A stretch of 64,000 nucleotides of DNA from Omnitrophica WOR_2 bacterium RIFCSPHIGHO2_02_FULL_50_17 (GCA_001805645.1 MHGQ01000049.1:66216-130215), one strand, 5' to 3'. Shown: positions 19,824-30,151, counted from the first letter of the stretch. Numbers and translations are program-made. The notes: generated by a model not told the origin, from the letters alone.

Positions 19824-19887
19824 CTTTTAAAAATAACGGTTTTTACAAAATTCCCCGCTCTGCTTTCTGTTTTTTATCTTTTATTTC

Positions 19888-21828
19888 TTATTTTTTATCT
19901 TTATTGTCGTCTTCCGCTTCGAAATCGGCGTCGATAATATCTTCATTAGAGGCACCCTGGGGACCCTCCTGCTGGGCATGATGTCCATGTGTCTTGTGCT
20001 GCCCCCCCTCAGGACCGCCCCCGCCTTTTGCTCCGGCTGTCTGCTGCGCCGCTGTGGCCTTGTAAACCTCTTCGGCCAATTTATGACTTGCCTTCTGAAG
20101 CGAGTCCATGGCCCCTTTGATCTTTCCCTCATCGCCGGATTTAATCGCTTCTTTCAGATTATTCAGCTCTCTTTCGATATTGGACTTGTCGTCAGCCGAG
20201 ATCTTATCTCCGTAATCGCGGATGGATTTCTCGGTCGCATAAACAATCACATTGGCCTGATTGACCAATTCGACCTTCTCTTTACGCTTCTTATCCTGAT
20301 CGGCATATTGCTCGGCCTCTTTGACCATCTTCTGGATCTCTGCATCCGAGAGCTTGGTCGGGGCGGTAATACGAATCGACTGTTCTTTCCCTGTCCCCTT
20401 GTCCTTTGCTGCAACATGAACGATGCCGTCCGTATCGATATTGAAGGTAACCTCGATTTGCGGGATACCGCGCGGGGCCGGCGGAATCCCCACCAGGTCA
20501 AAACGCCCCAGCTCGACGTTATCATCTGCCATGGGGCGCTCCCCCTGAAGGACGCGGATAGTCACCGCGGGCTGATTATCATCGGCCGTCGAGAAGACCT
20601 GACTCTTGCGCGTAGGAATGGTTGTGTTGCGCTCAATGAGTTTTGTAAAGACGCCCCCCAAGGTCTCGATCCCCAGAGTCAACGGTGTCACGTCCAAAAG
20701 AAGGACTTCTTTGGCCTCTCCCCGGATAATCCCGCTCTGAATGGCCGCCCCCAGGGCCACACATTCCATAGGGTCTATCCCGCCTTCAATTTTACGGCCA
20801 ATCTCTTTCTCGACAAAGGCCTGAACACAAGGCATACGCGTGGGGCCGCCCACGAGAATGACGCGGTCAACCTTGACATCTTCGCCCATCTTAGCCGAGG
20901 CGTCTTTAACGGCCTGACGAATGGGGCCGTGGCAACGGTCAATAAGAGGAGACACCAGGCTTTCCAGCTTGGCGCGATTGATAGTAAGGGTCAGATGTTT
21001 GGGGCCGTTGGAGTCCGCCGTAATAAACGGAAGATTGATATCTGTCGAGACAGTGCTGGAAAGCTCCACCTTCGCCTTCTCCGCGGCCTCGCGCAGGCGC
21101 TGAAAGGCCATTTTATCTTTCTTGAGATCAATCCCCGCGTCCTTCTTAAACTCCTCACAAATGTGATTGATCAAAATGTTATCCATATCCGTTCCGCCGA
21201 GCTCATTGTCTCCGCTGGTGGATATGACCTCAAAGGTGGCGGCCTTGTGTCCCTCATCCCATCCCATCTCAAGGATCGTCACATCGAGGGTCCCGCCGCC
21301 AAAATCAAAAACCATGATCTTCTGTTCCTTGCCGGCCTTGTCCAGTCCATACGCCAGACACGCCGCGGTCGGCTCATTGATGATCCGAAGCACCTTCAAG
21401 CCCGCAATCTCGCCGGCATCTTTGGTGGCCTGCCTTTGATTGTCATTAAAATAAGCGGGGACTGTGATCACGGCTTCTTCGACGGGTTCGCCAAGATATT
21501 TCTCGGCATCCGCCTTGATCTTCTGAAGGATGAAGGAGCTGATCTGCTGCGGGGTGAATTCCTTGCCGCCGACATGATATTTGTGGTCCGTCCCCATCTT
21601 CCTCTTGGCGGCATAGATCGTTCCTTCGGAATTCATCGGTGCCTGACGGCGGGCCGGCTCTCCCACCAATCGTTGCCCGTCTTTGGTGAATGCCACAAAA
21701 GAAGGGAATGCCTTGCCAGAGGAAACCCCAGCCCCTTCCGCCGAAGGGATAATCGTCGGACGCCCCCCCTCCATGACCGCCGCCGCGGAATTGGATGTTC
21801 CCAAATCAATGCCTATTGCTTTTGCCAT
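19888..21828 (-). CDS. dnaK: Chaperone DnaK (Hsp70)
   Basis: [23 protein letters not shown] and LLDVTPL motifs. Confidence 0.98.
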   Translation of the reverse strand: MAKAIGIDLGTSNSAAAVMEGGRPTIIPSAEGAGVSSGKAFPSFVAFTKDGQRLVGEPARRQAPMNSEGTIYAAKRKMGTDHKYHVGGKEFTPQQISSFILQKIKADAEKYLGEPVEEAVITVPAYFNDNQRQATKDAGEIAGLKVLRIINEPTAACLAYGLDKAGKEQKIMVFDFGGGTLDVTILEMGWDEGHKAATFEVISTSGDNELGGTDMDNILINHICEEFKKDAGIDLKKDKMAFQRLREAAEKAKVELSSTVSTDINLPFITADSNGPKHLTLTINRAKLESLVSPLIDRCHGPIRQAVKDASAKMGEDVKVDRVILVGGPTRMPCVQAFVEKEIGRKIEGGIDPMECVALGAAIQSGIIRGEAKEVLLLDVTPLTLGIETLGGVFTKLIERNTTIPTRKSQVFSTADDNQPAVTIRVLQGERPMADDNVELGRFDLVGIPPAPRGIPQIEVTFNIDTDGIVHVAAKDKGTGKEQSIRITAPTKLSDAEIQKMVKEAEQYADQDKKRKEKVELVNQANVIVYATEKSIRDYGDKISADDKSNIERELNNLKEAIKSGDEGKIKGAMDSLQKASHKLAEEVYKATAAQQTAGAKGGGGPEGGQHKTHGHHAQQEGPQGASNEDIIDADFEAEDDNKDKK

Positions 21829-21859
21829 TTTGTCCTCCTTGCTTCATGTCATAGGTCAC

Positions 21860-21922
21860 TCCCGACGCGCCATCTTTGATGTCGGTCGGGACTCCGACCG
21901 AGGCTTGAGCCGAGCGTCGGAG
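21860..21922. repeat. TCCCGAC/GTCGGA double-hairpin element between grpE and dnaK
   Basis: Its core GTCGGTCGGGACTCCGAC is identical to the reverse complement of the 4146-4202 element core. Confidence 0.75.
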
Positions 21923-21955
21923 AAGGTCACCAGGACACATGTGTCTTGGTGACCT

Positions 21956-22549
21956 CTAATTCTTTTTTTTCTCTTTATTCGTAGCTACTTTCACCTTACT
22001 CGTCCGAATCACCCGGTCGCCTAAGGTGTATCCCCTTTGAAACTCCTCGAGAATGGTTCCTTCTTCAACCCCCTCGGATTCTTCCTGCAGAAGAATCTCA
22101 TGACAATGCGGATCAAACATCTGCCCCTTGACCTCGATCGGCCTGACGCTGTTTTTCTTGAGCATCTCATGAATCTGCGCCATGATCATTTCAACGCCTT
22201 TGAGGAAAGCCGCGTAATCCTCGTGTTTGGCCTGGGCGGCTTCCACCGACCGTTCCAGATTATCCAGGATATTGAGAAACTCCGCAATCAGCCCTTCATT
22301 GGCGTATTTGACGAATTCCTGTTTGTCGCGTTCCATGCGCTTACGCGCATTTTCAAACTCGGCGTACAAACGAACATATTTATCCTTGTATTGAGCGGCT
22401 TCTTCGATCAATTTCTTATGCTCGGACTCCGTGAGCGTGATCGTCCTGCCCTCTGAGGATTTTCCCGCCGCTTCTGCCGCCTTTTCGTCCGCCAGCGTTT
22501 CCTTGCCGGTGATCTTGGCGGCACCCTCTGTTTTATTCTTGTTTTCCAT
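21956..22549 (-). CDS. grpE: Nucleotide exchange factor GrpE
   Basis: AEFENARKR, FDPHCHE and GYTLGDRVIR motifs; position in the operon. Confidence 0.95.
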   Translation of the reverse strand: MENKNKTEGAAKITGKETLADEKAAEAAGKSSEGRTITLTESEHKKLIEEAAQYKDKYVRLYAEFENARKRMERDKQEFVKYANEGLIAEFLNILDNLERSVEAAQAKHEDYAAFLKGVEMIMAQIHEMLKKNSVRPIEVKGQMFDPHCHEILLQEESEGVEEGTILEEFQRGYTLGDRVIRTSKVKVATNKEKKKN

Positions 22550-22641
22550 TGAGATAAAAAGACAAACCCGCGGCGACGCTGCCCCGGGACGATCCTAAAA
22601 CGCCTCTCTATGCCCTGCTAGGAGGCACTATCTATCCCCTA

Positions 22642-23379
22642 TCACAAGATATCTTCCATCAAACCGGAAAAATAATCGACGACGGAAACCACCTTCTTGT
22701 AATCCATGCGTGTCGGCCCCAAAACCGCTATCCGGCCGCTCACGCCCTGTCTGGACCTGTAACGGGAGACCACCAAAGAGCACGTATCTATATCCGCACA
22801 CTCCATCTCATCACCGATAAAAATTTCGATCCGCTGGACCAGCTCTTTATTAATAATCTCCAAGAGCCGTTCTTTCTCATCCAGGGCGGCCAGAATAGCC
22901 CTTATCTTATCGGTGTCCTGATATTCCGGATACCCCACGATAAAACTTGTCCCCTGGCAGAAAACCTTATTGTCCAAGCCATCAACAGAAACGAAGGTTG
23001 TATAATGGGTCATCTGAGATAAAACGCGTGAGGTCTTCTCAAGAAGGACATCCAGCTCGGCGTACTCACGTTCATACTCGGCCCGGATACGATTTTTTTC
23101 CTCTTCAAGAAGATGGATTTCATCCATGAGATAGTCCACGTAATAGCGGTATCCATTCTGCGTCGGCACACGCCCGGAGGATGTATGCGGATGAGTGAGA
23201 TATCCCTCCTCTTCCAATTCGGCCAGGACATGACGGATCGTTGCCGGACTTAAGTCAAGACCGTATTCTTTGGCGATAAATGCGGAACTCACCGGTGATA
23301 CGGTTCGGATGTATTGGTCCACCGTAATGGTAAGAATCTTCTCTTTTCTCTCTTTAAGATCTGTTTTTCGCGGTGTCAT
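22642..23379 (-). CDS. hrcA: Heat-inducible repressor HrcA (short form)
   Basis: SPATIR, PHTSSGRVPT..GYRYYV and LGPTRMDY motifs. Confidence 0.93.
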   Translation of the reverse strand: MTPRKTDLKERKEKILTITVDQYIRTVSPVSSAFIAKEYGLDLSPATIRHVLAELEEEGYLTHPHTSSGRVPTQNGYRYYVDYLMDEIHLLEEEKNRIRAEYEREYAELDVLLEKTSRVLSQMTHYTTFVSVDGLDNKVFCQGTSFIVGYPEYQDTDKIRAILAALDEKERLLEIINKELVQRIEIFIGDEMECADIDTCSLVVSRYRSRQGVSGRIAVLGPTRMDYKKVVSVVDYFSGLMEDIL

Positions 23380-23411
23380 AATGATAACCCTATTCGAGCA
23401 ATCAGGTCAGA

Positions 23412-23438
23412 TTAGCACTCTCTATAATAGAATGCTAA
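23412..23438. promoter_or_regulatory. CIRCE operator
   Basis: TTAGCACTC-N9-GAATGCTAA, one mismatch to consensus, directly upstream of hrcA. Confidence 0.92.
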
Positions 23439-23444
23439 GGCGTC

Positions 23445-23472
23445 ATTGTAACAAAAACATCATTGTTGTCAA
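23445..23472 (-). promoter_or_regulatory. Sigma70-type promoter of the hrcA operon
   Basis: Minus strand TTGACA-16 nt-TACAAT immediately upstream of the CIRCE. Confidence 0.75.
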
Positions 23473-23531
23473 TAAAAAATTTCATTTCTAAATTCATTTC
23501 CACAAAACAAAACCTCATTACCCCCAAGATG

Positions 23532-24227
23532 TTAGGACCGCTCATCCTGCAGCAGCTTCACAATCCTTAAAAATTTTTCCAAATAATTTTCCATAGAAGA
23601 TATATGACGCATGAGGGCAGCCCGACTGGGGTTCTTCTGCATGGAAGAATAAAACTCCAATATAACCTCACCATCGACAATCCGAAGGGGCATAGAGGGA
23701 CAACCGCGGGCATCGATGTTCTTCAGTTGTGAAAAAATAGAGACGACCTTATCATTCTCCAAAAGGGTGTTGGCACGCTGGACATCGTTCGTATGGATAT
23801 TAAGACCTTTGAGCTTAGGAGGCACATGGACACGCGTCTCCTGGGGCGTCGGCTCATCAGGGATTTTAGAGGCGATGATGACGTCTGAGCGAACAAAAGT
23901 CGTTGATCGCGGCTCTTCCGTAAAACTCAACGTAAAATGGCCAGCTGTTTTGGTCTTTAAATAGGCCTTATAGACCCCCTCCTGTCGGAAGAGGGGGCGA
24001 GCAAACCCCCGGTCAGACACATCCTCATACATAAAGGATTGTCCTTCAAATATGAAACGAATGCCATAAGCATCCGGCTCTCCCTCAATAGCCCGAAGGT
24101 CCCCCTCTACAAATTTTGCCAAAGAGCGCAAAAATTGTTCCCGCGTTTGTTTCTTAGGGGAAGAACTCCCGCTTAATAAAATAATCCCGGCCAATAAGAC
24201 AATAACAACAAGGATAATCCAAATCAT
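23532..24227 (-). CDS. Hypothetical membrane-anchored protein
   Basis: 231-aa ORF with an N-terminal TM helix, directly downstream of hflX. Confidence 0.75.
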   Translation of the reverse strand: MIWIILVVIVLLAGIILLSGSSSPKKQTREQFLRSLAKFVEGDLRAIEGEPDAYGIRFIFEGQSFMYEDVSDRGFARPLFRQEGVYKAYLKTKTAGHFTLSFTEEPRSTTFVRSDVIIASKIPDEPTPQETRVHVPPKLKGLNIHTNDVQRANTLLENDKVVSIFSQLKNIDARGCPSMPLRIVDGEVILEFYSSMQKNPSRAALMRHISSMENYLEKFLRIVKLLQDERS

Positions 24228-24231
24228 TTTA

Positions 24232-25518
24232 TTACGTTATGGTGTTACGAATATCGTATTTGTAGAATTTTCCAGCAATCCGTGTCGGCACCATCGCGCG
24301 GATATGGATGGTCTTAGCGTAATATTTAATCGAATACACCTCACCCTCCTCATGGGCAAGGCTGACCAAATCCATACGGTTTATCGGCACCTCGACCTCA
24401 ACCTCCGTGACCAGACACGAGAGCATCCGGCTCATCTCGTCCAAAAGAAGAGAGATATTTTCCCCCGTCTTTGCCGAAATACAGACCCCATGCTCCTGGT
24501 TATCCTTAAATTGTTTAAGCCAATGCCTGTCTTCCAATTTATCGATTTTATTGAAAACCAGGATCGTCGGCTTGTCGTAGGCCTGCAGATCCTTGAGGAC
24601 ATCCACCACCGACTCCTGAAGCTGACGAAAACGGGGATGACTGACATCAACCACATGCAGCAATAAATCAGCCTCCTTGACCTCTTCGAGGGTGGCCTTA
24701 AACGCCTCAATCAGGCGGTGGGGCAGTTCATGCATAAATCCCACGGTGTCAGAGAGAATAATCCTTTGATGATTCGGCAGAGTCAACTGCCGGGAGAGCG
24801 AATCCAGGGTCGTAAATAAACCGTCGTAGACGGGCTGATCGGCCTGAGTAAGGGCATTCAACAGCGTTGATTTCCCCACGTTGGTATATCCGACGAGAGA
24901 AACGGCCGGGACTCCTTTGTCTCTGCGGTGTTTGCGTTTGAGGGCACGGCTGGCCGCCACCTCATCGAGATCCCGCCGCAGATTAACGATGCGCTGGTCG
25001 ATACGGCGCCGGTCTATCTCCAGCTTTGTTTCCCCCGGGCCTGAGGTTCCGATGCCGCCGCCAAGCTGGGATAATTGAATCCCTTTCCCCACCAGACGCG
25101 GCATCAGATACTCCAACTGGGCTAATTCCACCTGCATTTTCCCCTCTTGGCTGGTGGCATGCTTGGCAAAAATATCAAGAATAATCTGCGTGCGATCAAT
25201 TGTCTTGGCTTTGATGGTCTCCTCCAGATTCCTCTGCTGGCTTCCCTTCAGATCTTGGCTAAAAATGACCGTATCAACCCCCTTCGCCCCAACGACTTGC
25301 GCGATATCTCTGACCCGCCCTTCCCCGATAAGATACCCGGCAGTAGGCTTGTCCACATGACAAATAATACGCTCAACCACCTCGCCGCCGCAGCCGGCGA
25401 TAAGCTCCTCCATTTCCTCAAGGACATCCTGGGCGCTCCAGCGCTCACGCTCCTTTTTAAAATCAACAATAACCAGGAGGACTTTCTCTTTTTCTCTTTT
25501 ATTCTCGTAAGACATCAT
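24232..25518 (-). CDS. hflX: GTPase HflX
   Basis: EGKMQVELAQL, GPGETKLE, GYTNVGKSTL, DTVGF and NKID motifs. Confidence 0.96.
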   Translation of the reverse strand: MMSYENKREKEKVLLVIVDFKKERERWSAQDVLEEMEELIAGCGGEVVERIICHVDKPTAGYLIGEGRVRDIAQVVGAKGVDTVIFSQDLKGSQQRNLEETIKAKTIDRTQIILDIFAKHATSQEGKMQVELAQLEYLMPRLVGKGIQLSQLGGGIGTSGPGETKLEIDRRRIDQRIVNLRRDLDEVAASRALKRKHRRDKGVPAVSLVGYTNVGKSTLLNALTQADQPVYDGLFTTLDSLSRQLTLPNHQRIILSDTVGFMHELPHRLIEAFKATLEEVKEADLLLHVVDVSHPRFRQLQESVVDVLKDLQAYDKPTILVFNKIDKLEDRHWLKQFKDNQEHGVCISAKTGENISLLLDEMSRMLSCLVTEVEVEVPINRMDLVSLAHEEGEVYSIKYYAKTIHIRAMVPTRIAGKFYKYDIRNTIT

Positions 25519-26446
25519 CCCTCCCGATAACGGCTATGATTCTCTCCGCCACACCTGCCACCGTATCATTCTTCTCAATCATAATCCATTGCAATCTCTT
25601 TTCTCTGCGAAACCACGTAAGCTGGCGTTTGGCAAACCGGCGGGTATTCAGCTTAATCAAATGCCTTGCCTGATTTTCATCATATTCCCCGTTTAAATAA
25701 CCCCGAATTTCCCGAATGCCGATAATCCGTTCAGCCGTCAGGCTGAGCGTTAAATGTCCCAGGCCGTTAATCTCCTGCACAATCCCGTCACAAAACATCT
25801 TATCCACCCGCTCATTGATTCTTTCATGCAATCTTTGCCTCTCCATGCTCAAGGCCACGATCTTTATATCATATTTCCCCCAAATCCCCTCACGGTTTTT
25901 CTGGAGACTGGAAATAGGCTGGCGGCGCAAAATCCACACCTCCAAGGCACGGATGACGCGCCTTAGATCCCGGGGATGGATTTTATCCGCGGTCTTAGGA
26001 TCCGCCTTTTTGAGCCTATCATAAAGGTAATGAGGACCGTGCATCTGCGCCTCGGCTTTAAGCCCCTCCCGCAAAAGGCTGTTTTTAGGACCGTCCGGAA
26101 AAATCCCGTCTAGAAGAATCTGCATATAAAGACCGCTTCCTCCGACAACAATAGGGATATGACGGCGGGCATGGACCGCCTGAATGGCCTCCATGGCCAA
26201 AGCGGCAAACCGCGCCGCATCAAATTCATCCCGCACAGAGACAATATTAATCAGATGATGAGGGACAGCGCGCAGCATTTCATCCGATGGTTTATTCGTG
26301 GCAATATTGATTTCTTTGTAAACCTGCATGGAGTCGCAGGAGACGATTTCCCCTTGCATGCGCTGGGCTAAAAGGCAGGCCGTCTCGGATTTACCGACCG
26401 CTGTCGGCCCGACGATAAAGATAATTTTCTGAGAATTTACACCCAT
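25499..26446 (-). CDS. miaA: tRNA dimethylallyltransferase
   Basis: GPTAVGKS, DSMQVY, VGGSGLY and AKRQLTWFR motifs. Confidence 0.96.
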   Translation of the reverse strand: MGVNSQKIIFIVGPTAVGKSETACLLAQRMQGEIVSCDSMQVYKEINIATNKPSDEMLRAVPHHLINIVSVRDEFDAARFAALAMEAIQAVHARRHIPIVVGGSGLYMQILLDGIFPDGPKNSLLREGLKAEAQMHGPHYLYDRLKKADPKTADKIHPRDLRRVIRALEVWILRRQPISSLQKNREGIWGKYDIKIVALSMERQRLHERINERVDKMFCDGIVQEINGLGHLTLSLTAERIIGIREIRGYLNGEYDENQARHLIKLNTRRFAKRQLTWFRREKRLQWIMIEKNDTVAGVAERIIAVIGRDDVLRE

Positions 26447-26453
26447 TATGAAA

Positions 26454-27227
26454 CTACGGGTAAATCTGGGTAGGATACCCTAATTGGGCTAACTTAATCT
26501 TCAGTTTTTGCGCCTCTTTCAAAATGGCCAGCTGACCAACCCGCACACGATAGAACCTGCGATCGCGGGAATCCATGGTTTCCACAATATAAGCGTACTC
26601 TCCTTTTCGTTTTAACTCGGCCGCCAAGGCCTCTGCCTTCTCGCGCTCCGAGAAAGAGCCCACCTGCACAGCAAAGTATTGTTTCTCTTCGAGCAGTTGT
26701 CTGGCTGTAAAAACCTCCAAACTGTTAGGGAAAGTGCGGATAATTTTCTCCAGACAATCGCGGGCATCTTCCCATTGGGCAAGTTTTAAATTAACCCTCG
26801 CTAGTTTTAAATACACTAAGCTCATCGCTTCCGGCCGCGGAGTCTGCCGTAGAAACTCTTGGGCCACGCCATAAGCCTCCTTATATTTTTCCTCCAGATA
26901 ATAGGTATCAAGCAATCCCAGAGACACCTTATCCCGCAACTGCGGGTCAATCCCGTTTTTTCCCGCCCCTTGGAATGAGGCCCGGGCTTCCTTGTAGTTC
27001 CCTAATTTCAATTGGCTTAATCCCAAATAATAGCGGACTTTCTGCGCAACGGCCTTCTGAGGCTTATGGGAAAGTCCCTGTTGGGCGAATTCTTGGGCTT
27101 GGGCATAATCCTCTTTGAGGATCGCCGTTTCAATGTCGGCTAACGCCGCCCAGGCCGCATTCCCGTGAAAGAAAAAAATACAAACGCCTACTGCAGGAAA
27201 AATCAAACTTAGTCCGCGTCTGTGCAT
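26454..27227 (-). CDS. Secreted TPR + SPOR domain protein
   Basis: Signal peptide, TPR-like helices and C-terminal VQVGSF...YRVRVG SPOR motif. Confidence 0.85.
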   Translation of the reverse strand: MHRRGLSLIFPAVGVCIFFFHGNAAWAALADIETAILKEDYAQAQEFAQQGLSHKPQKAVAQKVRYYLGLSQLKLGNYKEARASFQGAGKNGIDPQLRDKVSLGLLDTYYLEEKYKEAYGVAQEFLRQTPRPEAMSLVYLKLARVNLKLAQWEDARDCLEKIIRTFPNSLEVFTARQLLEEKQYFAVQVGSFSEREKAEALAAELKRKGEYAYIVETMDSRDRRFYRVRVGQLAILKEAQKLKIKLAQLGYPTQIYP

Positions 27228-27298
27228 AGGAGTTATCTTAACAAAAATTACAGCTTTTTCTAGTGCATTGTCAAAAAAGTGGCAGGCCTAGGGATGGC

Positions 27299-27380
27299 GT
27301 CATTGCGAGGCCGTTAGGCCGAAGCAATCTCATCCGTCGACGTTGGGATTGCTTCGCTCCCGTTGGTCGCTCGCAATGGC
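27299..27380. repeat. GTCATTGCGAG...CTCGCAATG palindromic element (RPE/REP-like)
   Basis: Outer IR GTCATTGCGAG/CTCGCAATGGC and inner IR CGAAGCAATC/GATTGCTTCG. Confidence 0.8.
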
Positions 27381-27432
27381 ACATTGCTTATTGCGTTTGT
27401 ATTAGATCAAAACTTTCTCTGACGCAATGAAA

Positions 27433-27471
27433 TAGCAAGGCCTTAATCCAGAAAGGACTAAGGCCTTGCTA
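27433..27471 (-). terminator. Probable intrinsic terminator after the repeat-protein gene
   Basis: 13-bp perfect IR TAGCAAGGCCTTA/TAAGGCCTTGCTA about 20 nt past the stop. Confidence 0.6.
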
Positions 27472-27490
27472 CGTCATCCCCGCAATAATG

Positions 27491-29065
27491 TCATCTTCTT
27501 CTTTTCATGGCTCCTGAGGCAGACCCACCCTTTTGCGGATTTCTCTTAGCGGCGCCATAAGCTTTCTTTGCAGCTCCAGGATGCCTCTCGGCGGCCCGAT
27601 AAACTTTCTTCGCCGCACCAGGATGTTCCTGGGCCGCGCGATAAGCCTTTTTGGCAGCGGCGGGATGATTCTCCGCCGCTCGGTAGGCTTTCTTTGCCGC
27701 TCCAGGATGCCTCTCGGCGGCCCGGTAAACTTTCTTCGCCGCATCAGGATGTTTCTGGGCATCCTTATAGAGTTGTTTTGCCGCACCAGGATGTTCCTGG
27801 GCCGCACGGTAAACCTTTCTGGCAGCATCGGGATGCTGGGCGGCATCTTTGAGCACCTTAGGGGGTAGAGCCGGCTGAATGCGGTCACGGACATCTTCTC
27901 TGCGATCGCGCACATCCTCCTGGCGATCAATAACATTTTCCCGTCGATCCCGAACATCTTCTCTGCGATCACGCACATCCTCACGCCGGTCACGAACATC
28001 TTCTCTTTGATCCCAAACGTCCTCCCTCGCGTCACGGATATCTTCGAGTTTATCCTTACGGCCGCCTTCATGCTGACTGTCCCAGACATCTTCCCGTGCG
28101 TCCAGAATATCTTCACGGCGGTCGCGGACATCTTCGCGTTTGTCCCACACATCCTCCCGATGGTCGCGGACGTCTTCGCGCCGGTCATGGACATCTTCCC
28201 GCCGGTCGCGATAATCTTCCCTGCGGTCACGCACATCCTCAACACGATCCTTAAAATGCGGGCCAGTCCCTGGGCCTCCAACAGGCCCCGGCGGATTCAC
28301 TCCAGGATGCTCCTCTAAAAACTTGCGATGTTTGTACGCCTCTTGCGCCACCTCCGGATGCTGATTAAGCCACTCCCGTTTTTCATAAAGTTTTTTCGCC
28401 ACATCAGGATGGTTCTCCAAAAACTCCCGATTTTTGAAAACCTCTTTAGCGACACCAGGATGTTGACCCAGCCACTCGCGATTTCCGTAAACTTCTTGAG
28501 CCACGCCGGGATGCTCCTTAAGCCATTGACGGTTGGCGATTAGCTTTTGGGCAATGCCGGGATGTTCCTCAAGCCATTTGTGGTCTTTATAAAGATACGG
28601 AAGCTCTCCCTTATGTTCAATAAGCTTCTGCTTCTCAGCCTGTTTGTAGGCCTTGGCCTCGTCCAAATCCAGGGCGCCGTCGCCGTCGGCATCAAACATG
28701 ACAGCCCTGTCCCAGCGCTCATCCCCAAAGGCCTGGGCCTCTCGCTGTGTGCGGTTATTCGTCCAATCCTCTTCTGTTAAAAGCCCGTCATCGCCGGCCA
28801 GTGTGTCAAATTTACTCCTGTCATAATAGTCATCATACTTCTCTATGATCCCTTCCCCGGTTGCGCCGGCGTGTCTTTCCTTGAATTCCTCCAGCCTTTC
28901 CTGCCTGGTTTCGATAACCTGCGCCGCGCCGGGATGCTTCTCCTCAAATGCCTCGATGCGTTCGGTACGCTTTTCGATGGCGGTGGAGATTCCGCCGCCT
29001 TCCTGCGCCCCCGCGACCGGCACCATCCAGATGCCGAACGCTAAAACAAGGAATAATCTCTTCAT
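27491..29065 (-). CDS. Secreted modular repeat protein (EF-hand-like pair; 17-, 7- and 14-aa repeat blocks)
   Basis: SD GGGAGG before MKRLF, a signal peptide and a DADGDGALDLDE loop, then repeats of W/FL.EHPGVA, RREDVRD and HPGAAKKVYRAAER. Confidence 0.85.
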   Translation of the reverse strand: MKRLFLVLAFGIWMVPVAGAQEGGGISTAIEKRTERIEAFEEKHPGAAQVIETRQERLEEFKERHAGATGEGIIEKYDDYYDRSKFDTLAGDDGLLTEEDWTNNRTQREAQAFGDERWDRAVMFDADGDGALDLDEAKAYKQAEKQKLIEHKGELPYLYKDHKWLEEHPGIAQKLIANRQWLKEHPGVAQEVYGNREWLGQHPGVAKEVFKNREFLENHPDVAKKLYEKREWLNQHPEVAQEAYKHRKFLEEHPGVNPPGPVGGPGTGPHFKDRVEDVRDRREDYRDRREDVHDRREDVRDHREDVWDKREDVRDRREDILDAREDVWDSQHEGGRKDKLEDIRDAREDVWDQREDVRDRREDVRDRREDVRDRRENVIDRQEDVRDRREDVRDRIQPALPPKVLKDAAQHPDAARKVYRAAQEHPGAAKQLYKDAQKHPDAAKKVYRAAERHPGAAKKAYRAAENHPAAAKKAYRAAQEHPGAAKKVYRAAERHPGAAKKAYGAAKRNPQKGGSASGAMKRRR

Positions 29066-29129
29066 GGTTTTACCCTCCCTTTCCAATCTTGCCGCATGTT
29101 TTGTACGCTTGGTCATATCTATCCCATTA

Positions 29130-29155
29130 AACACAGTGTTTGTCCAAAAGTTTCG
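29130..29155 (-). promoter_or_regulatory. Putative ECF promoter, copy 1
   Basis: CGAAACTTTTG-N9-TGTGTT upstream of the repeat-protein gene; same fixed bases as the copy at 30712-30737. Confidence 0.65.
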
Positions 29156-29163
29156 CAGAAATT

Positions 29164-29937
29164 TTACCGACTGCCTCGTTTGCGGTAAATTGGCCCCGGG
29201 CCGGGGCCGCCCGATTTCTGACGCACGTCAGAAATCTCCCCGCCACCCGCCGAAGGCGAGGCTCGCCCTTGACGGCCCGCCGCGGGACGCGGCCTGTTTT
29301 CTTCCAAAGGACGCCGCGCCTGTACAGGAGGCTCTTTAAGAAACCGGCCTCCCCGACGTTCATTTGTTCTTTGCCTAAACTCTTCCCTTAATTCCTGCTT
29401 TCGTTCCGGCGCAAGATTCTGCCATTTTTCCCTTCGTTCCCTTAGCTGCTGTCTTTGTTCAGGGGGCAATCCCCTGAAACGCTTATACCGCTCCCGGATC
29501 AACTGCTTTTTCTCAGGCGGAAGCTGCTGCCATCTTTTATACTTTTCAACAATCTCCTGACGCCTGTTCGGCGGCAAATTCCTAATCCTTCCCCAATTCT
29601 GACGTACTTTCTTTTTTAATTCGGGAGGCAGCTGTTGATACCGCTGAAATCTCTGCTTGATTTCAGCTTTCTGGGCCGGGTCCAGATTTCTCCATCGCTC
29701 TAATCGCTTCCTTAACTTCTGTTTCTGTTCAGGGGGTAGTTGTTGCCACCGGCGGCGGGCCTGCGGAGAAACTTCTCCGCCCTCACCAACACCTTCCTGA
29801 ACGGCTTTTTGTTGTTGTGACGGCATGGGTGTTGTCTGCGCTTGGTCTTGCGCCGTATAAGCGATGCCGCAAGCCAACACAGCAATCAGAACAAAAGAAA
29901 ATATATACAATCGGCGTCGTTTATTGTTCATTTCCAC
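29164..29937 (-). CDS. DUF3106-like basic helical repeat protein, exported or membrane-anchored
   Basis: N-terminal hydrophobic segment and repeats of WQQLPPEQKQKLR type. Confidence 0.8.
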   Translation of the reverse strand: MEMNNKRRRLYIFSFVLIAVLACGIAYTAQDQAQTTPMPSQQQKAVQEGVGEGGEVSPQARRRWQQLPPEQKQKLRKRLERWRNLDPAQKAEIKQRFQRYQQLPPELKKKVRQNWGRIRNLPPNRRQEIVEKYKRWQQLPPEKKQLIRERYKRFRGLPPEQRQQLRERREKWQNLAPERKQELREEFRQRTNERRGGRFLKEPPVQARRPLEENRPRPAAGRQGRASPSAGGGEISDVRQKSGGPGPGPIYRKRGSR

Positions 29938-30151
29938 TCACCTCCCATTCATCTAAGACCTCATAGTCATCCAAAAAAACCGCATTTTCCTCCAAGAACT
30001 CCAGACTCTCTAGAAATTCCAGATTCGTGATAACCTCCGCGTCCTCTTCGGAAATTCCCTCCGCTTCTTGAGCGGAGTCAGTAACCACGTCCGCCGCAAG
30101 GGGCGCTGTCCATATCAAGACCAAAATACCGGCCATGAACAACGTTCTCAT
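29921..30151 (-). CDS. Small secreted acidic protein
   Basis: 76 aa with a signal peptide (APLAA). Overlaps both neighbours; ATGA coupling with the anti-sigma gene. Confidence 0.8.
   Translation of the reverse strand: MRTLFMAGILVLIWTAPLAADVVTDSAQEAEGISEEDAEVITNLEFLESLEFLEENAVFLDDYEVLDEWEVSGNEQ

Noticed and set aside
19978-21879. 633-aa plus-strand ORF
   Set aside because: Antisense shadow of dnaK; long antisense ORFs opposite hsp70 genes are a known artefact, and it has no motifs of its own.
24232-26446. Missing hfq between miaA and hflX
   Set aside because: The two genes overlap directly, and absence of hfq is common outside a few phyla, so it is not notable.
27505-28318. Alternative-frame ORFs and 21/42-nt periodic DNA that could look like a CRISPR array
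   Set aside because: The periodicity comes from protein repeats with wobble variation. There are no constant repeats with unique spacers and no cas genes.
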